Shown: positions 46,466-56,800 of the stretch, in pieces
How the letters are laid out: every line of letters begins with the position of its first letter
Position numbering within the stretch: the stretch's first letter is position 1
NCBI GenBank assembly: GCA_963803435.1
Contig: CAWDML010000009.1
Span: 576,001 to 640,000, forward strand
Direction of reading: 5' to 3'
From: an uncultured delta proteobacterium
Lineage (GTDB): Bacteria > Myxococcota > Kuafuiibacteriia > Kuafuiibacteriales > Kuafuiibacteriaceae
Length of the DNA stretch: 64,000 bases
Notes under the pieces: generated by a model
Told to the model about the DNA's origin: nothing
Database searches by the model: none
The model's input: the letters and a program-made list of their open reading frames with translations, nothing else
Position numbers and translations under genes: made by a program

Positions 46466-49063
46466 ATGCGCAGCTTGTACTTCGTCGAACATCAGACCCA
46501 TCAGGCGACCGTTGTCGAAGTGGTCGTCCGGCTCATCGGTTTCGCGCCCACGCGGTTCATCACGGCTGAAGGTGCGACCCGCGCCGTCGAAGGCGGATTC
46601 CCGGATCTCTTGCTGACGGATCTCGTCCTGCCGGGTCGCGACGGCCTCTCGTTGATCCGAGCCACCAAGGCCCGCGCCCCGGCGACCTTCTGTATCCTCC
46701 TCTCCTCCGTCCCTCCTGGGCTGTCGCCCTCCGCACCGGCGCGCTACGGCCTCGACGCCGTGATCGTGCGGCGTGGCGCGTGGGCCTCGCAGCTCGCCGA
46801 GCACGGAGGCCCCGACGCGGGCGCCCGCCGCTTGCTCGCGCTGATCGATCGAGGCTCGGCGGCGTTCGAGGCGCTGTCGGACGAGCTGAGCTCGGACCGG
46901 CTCACCGCGATGCAGCGCGTGCTCGTCCTCCGCTACCTGGCGGCCGCGTTCGATCCCGATCGGGTGCTCGCCGTCCTGGAACGATCGATCCGCAAAGAAG
47001 GCATCCACTCGGTCGCGCTCGAGCTGGCGATCGGCCTCGGCGCCGCCGGCTTCGGCGTGGTGGGCGAGATGGCGACCGCGCCCGACGCCGGCGCCGAGAC
47101 GCGCGGGCGCGCGATGCGGCATCTCGCGCGCTGCTTTCCACACGACGTCGTGATGCCGCTTCTGCAATCCAACCTGCACGATCCTGCACCCTTGATCCGA
47201 CTCGACGCCGCCCAGGCGGCGTTCGACAGCGCGGTGCGTGTAGGCGAAGGAGGACTGGTGACGCTGCAGGAGATAGCCGAAGCGCGCGACTTGCCCGACG
47301 CGCTCCGGATCGCAGCGCTCGAGCACGTGGCCCGCGATCTGCCGCGCCCGGCCGTGAAGCCCGTGCTTTGTCGTGCGCTGGCGAGCGAGCGGCCCGCCCT
47401 GGTGCAGGCGGCCTCGACGCTCGCGATGCGGAGCGACGGCGTGGATGTGGAGTCGCTCGCCGGCCAGGCGGAGTCGGGACCGCTCAAATCTCGCCTCCGG
47501 GCGCTCGAGACCCTCGCGGCCGACTTTCCCAAGGACGCGGTGGTCCCGATCCTCGAGCGCTTCCAGAGCGCCTCCAATCCGGCGCTCCGCCGCTCGGCGT
47601 TCGAGCTCACGCTGGGCCGCGCCGACACCGGCTTCGAGGCGACCGTCCAGCGCGCCGCCGCCGAGGAGCGCGGGATGCTCGAGGCCTGCCTCCTGGGTGC
47701 GCTCCGGCTGGGACCCGCAGGCTTCGCGGCGGTCCGTCGGATCGCCGAGGAGGAGACGGCCGACCCGGAGGTCCGCGCGATGGCGGTCCGCATGCTCGGG
47801 GTCCGGTTCGACGCGGCGCGCGCAGCGGCGGCGCTGGAGGGGCTGGCAGCCTCGCCGGAGTTCGAGGTGGCGTCGGCGGCGCTCCTCGCCGCGATCCATT
47901 TGGGCGCCCCCGGCTTCGCGGTGCTGCGAGCAGCGCAGAGCTCGGCACCCATCCCGGCGATCCGCGAGCTGGCGCTGATCCACCTCGAGGAGTACGCGCC
48001 CGACCCAGTGTTCAAGCCCGCGCTGCAGCGCGCCCTGCGGGATCAGGATCCAGCAGTGTGCGCGCGCGCGGTCGAGCTCTGGATGCGCCGGCTCGGCGGC
48101 GAGTTCGCGCCGCTGCTGGCGCGCCTGGCCCGATCCGGACGTCCCGAGCTCCAGCAAGCCGCGCTCGACGGTGCGCTCGCGCTGGGTGAGGGCGGCTTCA
48201 CCGCGATCGCGGCGCTGGCCGGGACGCTCGAGATCGATCGCGCCGTGCGAAAGCGCGCCCGCGCGGTGCTGGCCGCCCGGTTTCCGCCCGAGGACACCCG
48301 AGAGATCTTGGAGGCGCTCTCGAAGCCCACCGAACCGGCCATGCCCGCAGCGGCCACGCCGGACACCGGTCCGACCCGCCCGTCGCCCCCCGCCAACGCC
48401 CGCGCGTCGCGCGAGCGTGCCCTCCTGGCGCTGGAAGCCGCCGTGCGACGCGGGCGCGCCGGCTACCGAGCGATCCGAGCGCTGGCCGCGTCCACCCGGA
48501 TCGCCGAGGAGGTCCGGATCCTGGCGATCCGAAGGCTCGCCGGCGACTTCGCGGGCGAAGAGGTCGTGCCCGTGCTCGAGCAGGCGATCGCCGATCCGTC
48601 GGACGGCGTGCGGAGCGCAGGCCTCGGCTGTCTCGTGCTCCGGAAGGACGCGCGCCTCCCTCCGCTCGCCGTCCTCGCGCGCGATCGCTCCGCCGAGCCT
48701 TCGCTCCGGATCCGGGCCCTCCGCTTCCTGGCGTCACGCTTCCCGAAGGAGGAGGTGCGTCCGATCCTCGAGCCGCTCCTCGAAGAGGGGGATCACGAGG
48801 TGCGGCGTGCTGCACTCGACTCTCTGTTCACGTCGCTCCGCTTCGTCCCTCCGGACCGTGTCGAGGAGCACCTGATCAACCTCCTGACCGAGCACGAGAG
48901 CGAGGAGGTGAAGATCGCCGCCGCGCGGGCGCTGGGCGTCTTCGGTGGCGCGCGCGCGCTTCGAGCGCTGGCCCGCTACTCGGGTGCGTTCGCCGGCCCT
49001 GCGGTGAAGGAGGCGGCCCAGCAGGCCTCGCTCCGCCTGCGTGGATACCGCGACGCGCTCTGA
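46466..49063 (+). CDS. Atypical receiver domain fused to a long HEAT-repeat array
   Basis: PDLLLTDLVLPGRDGLSLI; repeated xVRxxAL HEAT motifs. Confidence 0.78.
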   Translation: MRSLYFVEHQTHQATVVEVVVRLIGFAPTRFITAEGATRAVEGGFPDLLLTDLVLPGRDGLSLIRATKARAPATFCILLSSVPPGLSPSAPARYGLDAVIVRRGAWASQLAEHGGPDAGARRLLALIDRGSAAFEALSDELSSDRLTAMQRVLVLRYLAAAFDPDRVLAVLERSIRKEGIHSVALELAIGLGAAGFGVVGEMATAPDAGAETRGRAMRHLARCFPHDVVMPLLQSNLHDPAPLIRLDAAQAAFDSAVRVGEGGLVTLQEIAEARDLPDALRIAALEHVARDLPRPAVKPVLCRALASERPALVQAASTLAMRSDGVDVESLAGQAESGPLKSRLRALETLAADFPKDAVVPILERFQSASNPALRRSAFELTLGRADTGFEATVQRAAAEERGMLEACLLGALRLGPAGFAAVRRIAEEETADPEVRAMAVRMLGVRFDAARAAAALEGLAASPEFEVASAALLAAIHLGAPGFAVLRAAQSSAPIPAIRELALIHLEEYAPDPVFKPALQRALRDQDPAVCARAVELWMRRLGGEFAPLLARLARSGRPELQQAALDGALALGEGGFTAIAALAGTLEIDRAVRKRARAVLAARFPPEDTREILEALSKPTEPAMPAAATPDTGPTRPSPPANARASRERALLALEAAVRRGRAGYRAIRALAASTRIAEEVRILAIRRLAGDFAGEEVVPVLEQAIADPSDGVRSAGLGCLVLRKDARLPPLAVLARDRSAEPSLRIRALRFLASRFPKEEVRPILEPLLEEGDHEVRRAALDSLFTSLRFVPPDRVEEHLINLLTEHESEEVKIAAARALGVFGGARALRALARYSGAFAGPAVKEAAQQASLRLRGYRDAL

Positions 49064-49065
49064 CT

Positions 49066-50004
49066 TCAGGATGCTGCGGCAGGCGAGGGCAGCGACGCAT
49101 CCGCGCTGATGTCCGGCTCCACGAACACCCACCGGATCTCCGGCATGCGTGTCTTGAGCTCGCTCTCGAACGCGTTGATCGCGGTGCAGAGCTCGTGCGC
49201 CGACAGGCCCTCGCGCGGGAGGATCTTGATCGACACCATCACCTCCCCGGGGCCCTGCTGGATCGTGAACATCGTGATCAACTCCCCGAGCTCGGTCCGC
49301 TGCGCCAGGACCTCGCGCACGGCGGCGTCGATCTCCGGATCGGCCGACTCCCCCACGAGGAGCGACTGGACCTCGACCGCGAGGAAGATCGCGACCGCCA
49401 CCAGAACGATTCCGATGGCGAGGCTCCCCACTGCGTCCCAGCGCGCGTCACCGGTGTAGTGCGCCATCCCGATCGAGGCGAGGGCGAACGTCAGCCCGAC
49501 CGTCGCCGCGGAGTTCTCGCCCATCACCACCACGAAGTCCGAGTCCTTGGTCTGGCGCAGGTAACGAAAGAACGGCGTGCTCCCGCGACGCTTGTTGGCC
49601 TCGCGAATGTTGGAGAGGGTCGCGTAGCCCTCGAGCGCCATCGAGAAGAGCAGGATCCCGACCGCCACCAGGATGTTGTCGATCGGCTCCGGCTTCAGGA
49701 TCTTGTGGACGCCCTCGTAGATGGAGAAGACGCCGCCGCCGGTGAAGAGGAGCAGCGCCACCATGAAGGACCAGAAGTAGAGCGCGCGCCCGTACCCCAG
49801 CGGGTGCGAGGGATCCGGCGGCGCCTTGGCGCGCCGGACGCCGAGGAGGAGCAGGATCTGATTCCCGCAGTCGGCGCTGGAGTGGATCGTCTCTGCGAGC
49901 ATTGCGCCCGAACCGGTGAGGACCGCCGCGACACCCTTGGCGGCGGCGATCGCGACGTTGACCGCTAGGGATTCGAAGATGTGTTTGGTCGAGTCCTCCG
50001 ACAC
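49066..50004 (-). CDS. Cation diffusion facilitator transporter
   Basis: TGSGAMLAETIHSSADCGNQ, HPLGYG, YFWSF, ENSAA, WDAVGS, LLVGESA. Confidence 0.93.
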   Translation of the reverse strand: MSEDSTKHIFESLAVNVAIAAAKGVAAVLTGSGAMLAETIHSSADCGNQILLLLGVRRAKAPPDPSHPLGYGRALYFWSFMVALLLFTGGGVFSIYEGVHKILKPEPIDNILVAVGILLFSMALEGYATLSNIREANKRRGSTPFFRYLRQTKDSDFVVVMGENSAATVGLTFALASIGMAHYTGDARWDAVGSLAIGIVLVAVAIFLAVEVQSLLVGESADPEIDAAVREVLAQRTELGELITMFTIQQGPGEVMVSIKILPREGLSAHELCTAINAFESELKTRMPEIRWVFVEPDISADASLPSPAAAS

Positions 50005-50061
50005 GCCGCGCAGTCTGTACCACGAGTGGACGGAGCCTTCGACCCGTGAGATCACGGATCC

Positions 50062-50553
50062 ATGCGACGCCTGCTTGCCGCGCTCCTCGCCGTCTTTCTG
50101 CTCACGGCGACGCCGCAGACCGCCCGCGCCGAGACCGACAGCGTCGCCGTCGCGGTCGGCTTCTTCTTCCTGTTCGTCCTGGATACGGCGGCGAGCGTCG
50201 GCGGCACGGTCACCGGTATCGGCAGCCTGGTTCAGCTCAACCGCGATCCGCCCGGGCTCGGCTGGTCGATCGCCTCGATCGTCGTCGGCGTCCTCGACGG
50301 CCTGGTCGGGGCGATCACGCTGGCGGCGCTGGTGGGCACGGACGCGTTCGACGGTGCGCCCGGGTTCTGGGTCTTCGCGGGCGTCCCGCTCTTTCTCACG
50401 GCCACGAACCTCACGCTCGGCATCATCAACTTCTCTCGCTGGGGAAGCGCGCGGCGACGACCGCCGGATCCGGAGGAGGACAGCGAAGACGCACCGGAGG
50501 ACGAGTGGAGCCGGGGACTGGCGCCCGGCGTGACGCTGTCGTTCAGCTTCTGA
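50062..50553 (+). CDS. Hypothetical membrane protein
   Basis: Signal peptide (ARA-E), 3-4 hydrophobic helices, C-terminal LSFSF. Confidence 0.65.
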   Translation: MRRLLAALLAVFLLTATPQTARAETDSVAVAVGFFFLFVLDTAASVGGTVTGIGSLVQLNRDPPGLGWSIASIVVGVLDGLVGAITLAALVGTDAFDGAPGFWVFAGVPLFLTATNLTLGIINFSRWGSARRRPPDPEEDSEDAPEDEWSRGLAPGVTLSFSF

Positions 50554-50559
50554 TCGGTC

Positions 50560-52908
50560 TCAGGGGGTCAGCGAGAGCTCGTACGTGTTCCCCTGGACGG
50601 TTCCCAGGTCCTGATACAGGTAGACGTGCAGCGTGAACACGCCGCTCACGTTCGCGGTCCCGGCGATGTTCTCGTTGTTCGTCGTGCTCTCAGAGGTCGC
50701 GGCGACGGTCCCGTCGGGCCCCAAGAGCTCGATGTCGATGTCGCCCTCGGCGTGGGTGAACAGGACGTCCATGTTGATCGAGTCGCCGCTGGTCAGCGGG
50801 ATCGCGTAGTAGTCGTCGTCCCCGCAGGCGCCCAGGTTCGGGTAGCTTCCGAGGGACATCGTGGGCGCCGTGGTGGGCGTATCGTTCGGCTCGAAGGTGT
50901 CCACCGGGCACCCGACCGGGTTCGACCCGGAGACGGACACGTTCAGGGAGTAGGTATTGCCGAGCGTCGAGCCCGCGTCGGCGTAGAGCAACACGTGCAG
51001 GTAGTACGTGCCTGCGGTGACCACGGTGAACGAGACGTTCTCGCTGTTGTTCGAGGTGGAGCTCGAGTCCAGCACGGTCCCCGAGCCGTCGAGCAGCTCG
51101 AGGTCGATGTCGCCCTCGCCGTTGGTGAAGCTCGCGGTGGCGTCGATCTGGTCGTTCGCCGCCAGCGTAATCTGGTAGTAGTCGTCGTCACCGGTGCAGG
51201 TGTTGAGGTTGGTGTGGTTGCCCGTCGAGATCGTCTTGGCCGTCGCCCGGGTGTCGTTCTCCTCGAAGCTGTCCGCCGGGCACGTCTGCGGCTGCCCCTG
51301 GGTGATGATCACCTGGAGTTGATACGGATTGCCGGGCATCGAGCCCATGTCCTGATAGAGGGTGACGAGGATCTTCAGCAGCCCCCCGTTCTGCTGCGTG
51401 TACGTCACCGATTCGTTGTCCGTGACACTGGCAGAGGTGGCCACCGGGAGCGTGAGCTGGTTCAAGAGCGCCAGGTCGATGTCGCCCTCCGCCTGGCTGA
51501 ACAGCACGTTCACCGTGATGGTCTCGCCGGCGTTGACGTAGATGTTGAAGTAGTCATCGTCGCCGTCGCAGACGTTGAGACCGTTGGTCGAGCCGGCCGA
51601 GACGAGGGGCGCCAGGAACGGTGAGTCGTTGTCCTCGAAGCTGTCGTCGGGGCACGGCGAGGCCTGGGTGTCGATCCGGATCGAGTAAGTGTTGCCGGGC
51701 GTGGGCCCGAGATCCTGGGTCAGGAACACGCGGACCGCGTAGTCGCCGGCGGCGGCCGCCGTGTACTGGATGGTCTCGTTGTTGCCGGTACCGTTCGACA
51801 TCGCGACCACCGAGCCGCCCGCGTTCACGAGCTCGATGTCGATGTTGCCCTCGCCGTTGACGAAGTCGACCGTGATGGTGACGTCGTCGCCGGCGCCGAG
51901 CGTGAAGCGGTGGAAGTCGACGTCGCCGGCGCAGATCGTCAGCTGCGTCTGGAGACCGCCGCCGGCGGAGGCCTGCGCGAACGTATCGTTGGGCTCCAGG
52001 CGATCGGGCATGCACATCCGCGAGCCGAAGCAGTGCCCGGAGGCCTGATCGCAGGTGTCCGGGCTGGTGCAGCCGGTCATCGCGCACCCCGGGTCGCAGC
52101 CGCCCGTGACCAGGTTGCAGATCTCGCTCGGCGTGTTGCACTCGAGATCCGAGAGGCAGATATCACCGACCTGCGTGCAGCGCCCGGTGCTCGGATTGCA
52201 CTGCTGGCCGCCCGGACACTGCACGCCGCCGAACTCGGTGCAGCCCGGGATGCACTGCCCGAACTCGCAGACCTCGGTCGGAGGGTTGCAGTCGGGGTCG
52301 GCCATGCACGGGCCGCGGATCGACACGCAGCGGCCGGTGTTCGTGTCGCAGACCTGGCCGTTCATGCACTCGACGCCGTTGGGCTGGCCGCAGCCGAGCG
52401 TACAGGCGCCGGAGACGCAGATCTGGGTGGGCGGGCTGCACTGGGGGTCCGTGCTGCAGACGCCCGTCATGTTCTGGACGCAGGTGTTGTCGATGCAGGT
52501 CTGGTCCGCGGCGCACTGGGAGGCGTCGAGGCACTGGACGCACTCGGCGTTCGGGATGTCGCAGTGCTGGCCTCCGCTGCACTCCTCGTCGCCCGCGCAC
52601 GCCGGACCGCGATCGATGCAGACGCCGGTCAGCGTGTTGCAGCGCTGGCTCTTGGCGCACATGGAGTCGTCGGTGCAGTCGGTGACCGTCGGGGTGAGGC
52701 AGGTCTGGGTGGCCTGATCGCAGATCTGGCCGAAGTCGCAGTTCTCGTCGGTCGTGCAGTTGCCGAGCACGGCCGGCGTGCAGGCGCCGCTCACGCACGC
52801 CTCGCCGGAGGCGCAGTCTCGGCTCGACGTGCAGGTACCGCCCGCACCGCCGCGACAAGCGCTGAGGAAGAGGAGGGTGAGGGTGGAGAGGCCGAGGGCA
52901 GTCCTCAC
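50560..52908 (-). CDS. Cys-rich repeat lipoprotein with four PPC-like domains
   Basis: LSA-C lipobox; ~12 Cys-rich repeats; four D.FE.ND...D.DYY...GDIDL.L...NE.I units. Confidence 0.85.
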   Translation of the reverse strand: MRTALGLSTLTLLFLSACRGGAGGTCTSSRDCASGEACVSGACTPAVLGNCTTDENCDFGQICDQATQTCLTPTVTDCTDDSMCAKSQRCNTLTGVCIDRGPACAGDEECSGGQHCDIPNAECVQCLDASQCAADQTCIDNTCVQNMTGVCSTDPQCSPPTQICVSGACTLGCGQPNGVECMNGQVCDTNTGRCVSIRGPCMADPDCNPPTEVCEFGQCIPGCTEFGGVQCPGGQQCNPSTGRCTQVGDICLSDLECNTPSEICNLVTGGCDPGCAMTGCTSPDTCDQASGHCFGSRMCMPDRLEPNDTFAQASAGGGLQTQLTICAGDVDFHRFTLGAGDDVTITVDFVNGEGNIDIELVNAGGSVVAMSNGTGNNETIQYTAAAAGDYAVRVFLTQDLGPTPGNTYSIRIDTQASPCPDDSFEDNDSPFLAPLVSAGSTNGLNVCDGDDDYFNIYVNAGETITVNVLFSQAEGDIDLALLNQLTLPVATSASVTDNESVTYTQQNGGLLKILVTLYQDMGSMPGNPYQLQVIITQGQPQTCPADSFEENDTRATAKTISTGNHTNLNTCTGDDDYYQITLAANDQIDATASFTNGEGDIDLELLDGSGTVLDSSSTSNNSENVSFTVVTAGTYYLHVLLYADAGSTLGNTYSLNVSVSGSNPVGCPVDTFEPNDTPTTAPTMSLGSYPNLGACGDDDYYAIPLTSGDSINMDVLFTHAEGDIDIELLGPDGTVAATSESTTNNENIAGTANVSGVFTLHVYLYQDLGTVQGNTYELSLTP

Positions 52909-52991
52909 GGGCTGAATTGTGGGGGGGCCGGCCGGAGGCGACCATCGGTTGACCGACGTCACCCGGCGATCCGAGCGGCGGAAAAACCGAG

Positions 52992-53420
52992 CTATTCCTG
53001 GGTGTTCTCATGTGCTACCGCCCTCAACCTCGCCTGGACCTGGGCCATCTCTTCGGGTCCTCGATAGGCGTGGCGCGGCCAAAAGAAGCCCTTCAGCCCG
53101 TCCTTCTTGTTACGGGGGACCACGTGGACGTGCAGGTGCGGGACGCTCTGGGACACGGTGTTGTTGATGGCGACGAACGTGCCGGCGGCCTGCATCCCCT
53201 CCTCTACGATCCGGGCGGTGCGCTGGACCGTGGTGAAGAACGGGTCGAGCATCGCGGCCGGGAGGTCGGTCAGCGTCTCGAAATGGGTGGTCGGCACGAC
53301 CAGACAGTGGCCGGGAAACAGCGGGCGCTTGTCCAGGAAGACGAGCGCGCCCTCGTCGCGGAGGATCGCGTAGGCGTCCAGGTCGCCGCGCACGATCTCA
53401 CAGAAGATACAGCCCGCCAT
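52992..53420 (-). CDS. HIT-family nucleotide hydrolase
   Basis: CIFC, GHCLVVP, QSVPHLHVHVVPR. Confidence 0.95.
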   Translation of the reverse strand: MAGCIFCEIVRGDLDAYAILRDEGALVFLDKRPLFPGHCLVVPTTHFETLTDLPAAMLDPFFTTVQRTARIVEEGMQAAGTFVAINNTVSQSVPHLHVHVVPRNKKDGLKGFFWPRHAYRGPEEMAQVQARLRAVAHENTQE

Positions 53421-53443
53421 CTCGGCCGGCACGATAGAGCGCG

Positions 53444-56400
53444 ATGAGCGGCGGCGACAAGGATCCCTCGGGCACCAAGAAGGACCGGCCGGCCACCGTT
53501 CCTGCGAGCGACATCGCCACCGACTCCTTCGGCGATACGCTGCGGACCAGCGATCTGTCGGCGCAGCTGGGACACGAGTTTCCGACCGTGGATCCGGAGG
53601 CCTACGTGATCGGCGACGAGTTCGCGCGCGGCGGCCTGGGCCGGATCCTCGAGGCCCGGGACAAGCGGCTCAAGCGGCTGGTCGCCGTCAAGGAGCTGCT
53701 CACCCGCGAGCCCCGGGCCGAGGCCCGCTTCATCCGCGAGGCGCTCATCACGGCGCGGCTCGAGCACCCGAACATCGTGCCGATCCACGAGGCCGGCCGC
53801 TGGCCCGACGGCAAGCGCTTCTACGCGATGAAGCTCGTCGAAGGCCGCACGCTCAGCGCCGCCCTCGAGCATGCGAGCACCAAGGAGGAGCGCCTCGCGC
53901 TGCTGCCGCACGTGATCGACGTGGCGGACGCCGTCGCGTATGCGCACTCCGAGGGCGTGCTGCACCGCGACCTGAAGCCCTCGAACGTGCTGGTGGGCGC
54001 GTTCGGCGAGACCGTGCTGATCGACTGGGGCCTCGCGAAGGACCTCCAGGATCCATCCGACAGCCTCGATACGATGCCTGTGGTGCCGGCGGTCTCGACG
54101 CTCCGCACCGGCGACGGGATCGTGGTGGGCACGCCGCCGTACATGGCACCCGAGCAGGCGGCGGCGCGTCCGCTCGACGAGCGCGCGGACGTCTACTCCA
54201 TCGGTGCCATGCTCTATCAGGTCCTCTCGGGTTGCCGGCCCTACGACGAGGTGGAGCCGCACCTGATCCTGCGCGAGGTGGTGACCCGTCCACCGCGCGC
54301 GCTGCGCGAGCTGGCGCCCGAGGTGGCGCCCGACTTGATCGCCATCGTGGAGAAGGCGATGTCGCGCGATCCCGACGACCGCTATCCGTCGGCGCGGGAG
54401 ATGGCGGAGGAGCTGCGGCGCTTCACGGCGGGACAGCTGGTGGTCGCCCATCAGTACTCGCCCTGGGAGATCGTCCGCCGCTTCCTGCGCCGCCAGATCG
54501 CGGCGGTGGCCACCGCCCTCCTGGCGATGGCGCTCTTGCTGGCGGGCACGGTCTGGAGCCTGGAGAACATCAAGAGCGAGCGGAACCAGGCGCAGGCGAA
54601 CGCGGAGCTGGCGCGCGCCCAGGTCGAGCAGCTCAAGCTGGAGAAGGCGCGTGCGCTGCTCGACGTCGACCCGACGCTCGCGCTCGCGTGGGAGAAGGAG
54701 CTCGAGGCTCCGCTCCCGGGCGCCGCTTCGATCGCGTCCGAGGCGATCGATCGAGGCGTGGCGCGCCACGTGCTCGATGGCCACGTCGATCGCGTGCTGA
54801 TGGTGCGGGTCTCGCCGACGGGCGATCGCATCGCTTCGTCGAGCGACGACGGCACGGTGCGCCTGTGGGATCCCGCCACCGGCGCGAGTCAGAGACTGAG
54901 CGGCCACGCCGCGCGCGTCTCGGCGATCGCGTTCTCGCCCGACGGTCGCCGGCTGGCCAGCGGCAGCCACGATCACACGGTGCGGATCTGGGACGTGGCG
55001 ACGGCGACCTCGGTCGTGCTCACCGGACATGAGGGCGGCGTGATGCACGTGGCCTGGTCCCCGGACGGGCGCTGGGTCGCGTCGAGCAGTGAGGACGAGA
55101 CCGTGCGCGTCTGGGATCTGCGGGGACAGACCCCTGCCCCCGCGCCGTTTCGCATCTTCCCGGCGCCGGACGCCACCCGCAACGTGATCTCGGCCTTCTC
55201 GCCGGACGGCCGCTGGCTGGTCACCGGCGGTCACGGCGCAACGATCGATCTGTTCGACGTGGAGAGCGGGGCGCGCACGCGGCTGACGGGGCACAGCGGC
55301 GAGGTCACCCACGTAGCGTTCGCACCGGACGGTCGCACGTTCGCCTCCGCGAGCGAGGACGGCACGGTACGGATCTGGTCGGTCGCGAACGGGAGCGCGC
55401 AGGTGTTCGACGGTCACGAGGGCGCGGTGCTCTTCGTGGCCTACGCCCCCGACGGCGCGACGCTCGCCTCGGCGGGGCTCGACGGGACGGTCCGCCTGTT
55501 CACGCGGGAGGGCCGGCCGATCTCGGTGTTGCGCGGTCACTCCGAGCGCGTGCGCGAGCTGGCGTTCTCGCCGTCGGGAGGCCGCCTCGCCTCGGCCTCG
55601 TGGGATCACACGGTCCGCGTCTTCAATCTCGAGAACGGTGAGAGCCAGGAGCTGCTCGGTCACACCGAGTTCGTCGCCTCGGTCGACTTCGCGCCCGACG
55701 GCCGGCTGCTCGCCTCCGGCTCGTGGGACCATACGGTCCGGGTGTGGATGCTGGAGGCGTACCGGCGGCGCGTGCTTCGCGGCCATCGCGTCGGGGTGCA
55801 CGCGGTCGACTTCTCACCCGACGGCCAGCGCATCGCCTCGGGCGGGCACGATGACGCGGTCCGGATCTTCGATCTGGAGACGGGTCGAAGCCGCGCCTTC
55901 CTCGGTCATCGCGACCACATCTTCCGCGTGCTGTTCTCGCCGAGTGGCGAGCAGGTGGCGAGCTCGAGCGACGATCGGACCGTCCGCCTCTGGAACGTCG
56001 CCGACGGCAGCAGCATGGTGCTGACGGGGCACCAGGCCGACGTGGAGGAGCTCGCGTTCTCGCCCGACGGCAAGCGGCTGGCATCGGCGGGGGAAGACGA
56101 CGTCGTCCGCCTCTGGGACACGGTGAGCGGCGCCTCGATCGCCCTCACCGGGCATCGCGCGGCCGTCACCGCGGTGGCGTTCGATCCGTCGGGTGCGCAC
56201 CTGGTGTCCGCCAGCCGCGACGGCACCGCCCGCATCTGGCCCATGGCGGGCGGCGACCCGGTCGTGCTCTCGGGACACGACGACGAGGTCTGGGACGCGG
56301 TCTTCTCTCCCGACGGTCGCACAGTGGCCACCGCCTCCGTCGACGGGTCGCTCCGGATCTGGTCGCTCGAGGGCGCGAAGGTCCGGGCCTACGACGGCCT

Positions 56401-56800
56401 GGGACGCATGAGGCTGGTGGCCTTCTCCCCCGACGGCGAGCGCATCGCCGTGGGCGGCGAGAAGCTGTGGCTGTGCGGGCGGCGCTCGACGGTGTGCCGG
56501 CTGGTCGTCGGCCATCACGCGGAGGTGCTCGACCTCGCGTTCAACCGCGCGGGCTCGCTCGCGACCGCCTCGGCCGACGAGACGGTGCGGCTGTGGGATC
56601 CGAGCACGCTCGAGTCCCACGTCCTGCGGGGTCATCGCGCGGCCGTGTTCGACGTCGCCGTCTCGCCGAAAGGTGATCGGGTCGCCTCGGCGAGCGGAGA
56701 CGCCGACGTGCGGATCTGGCCCTTCGTGCTGCCACCGAAGCCGAGCGAGCTGTCCTCGTGGCTGTCAGCCACGACGTCGCTGACGGTCGAGGACCCGTGA
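53444..56800 (+). CDS. Ser/Thr protein kinase with TM and ~16 WD40 repeats
   Basis: ARGGLG, VAVK, HRDLKPSN, DWG, GTPPYMAPE; GH...FSPDG..LAS.S.D.TVRLW repeats. Confidence 0.95.
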   Translation: MSGGDKDPSGTKKDRPATVPASDIATDSFGDTLRTSDLSAQLGHEFPTVDPEAYVIGDEFARGGLGRILEARDKRLKRLVAVKELLTREPRAEARFIREALITARLEHPNIVPIHEAGRWPDGKRFYAMKLVEGRTLSAALEHASTKEERLALLPHVIDVADAVAYAHSEGVLHRDLKPSNVLVGAFGETVLIDWGLAKDLQDPSDSLDTMPVVPAVSTLRTGDGIVVGTPPYMAPEQAAARPLDERADVYSIGAMLYQVLSGCRPYDEVEPHLILREVVTRPPRALRELAPEVAPDLIAIVEKAMSRDPDDRYPSAREMAEELRRFTAGQLVVAHQYSPWEIVRRFLRRQIAAVATALLAMALLLAGTVWSLENIKSERNQAQANAELARAQVEQLKLEKARALLDVDPTLALAWEKELEAPLPGAASIASEAIDRGVARHVLDGHVDRVLMVRVSPTGDRIASSSDDGTVRLWDPATGASQRLSGHAARVSAIAFSPDGRRLASGSHDHTVRIWDVATATSVVLTGHEGGVMHVAWSPDGRWVASSSEDETVRVWDLRGQTPAPAPFRIFPAPDATRNVISAFSPDGRWLVTGGHGATIDLFDVESGARTRLTGHSGEVTHVAFAPDGRTFASASEDGTVRIWSVANGSAQVFDGHEGAVLFVAYAPDGATLASAGLDGTVRLFTREGRPISVLRGHSERVRELAFSPSGGRLASASWDHTVRVFNLENGESQELLGHTEFVASVDFAPDGRLLASGSWDHTVRVWMLEAYRRRVLRGHRVGVHAVDFSPDGQRIASGGHDDAVRIFDLETGRSRAFLGHRDHIFRVLFSPSGEQVASSSDDRTVRLWNVADGSSMVLTGHQADVEELAFSPDGKRLASAGEDDVVRLWDTVSGASIALTGHRAAVTAVAFDPSGAHLVSASRDGTARIWPMAGGDPVVLSGHDDEVWDAVFSPDGRTVATASVDGSLRIWSLEGAKVRAYDGLGRMRLVAFSPDGERIAVGGEKLWLCGRRSTVCRLVVGHHAEVLDLAFNRAGSLATASADETVRLWDPSTLESHVLRGHRAAVFDVAVSPKGDRVASASGDADVRIWPFVLPPKPSELSSWLSATTSLTVEDP

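Noticed and set aside
54770-56720. Repetitive DNA as a CRISPR array or DGR template
   Set aside because: In-frame degenerate WD40 coding repeats; no reverse transcriptase and no repeat-spacer structure
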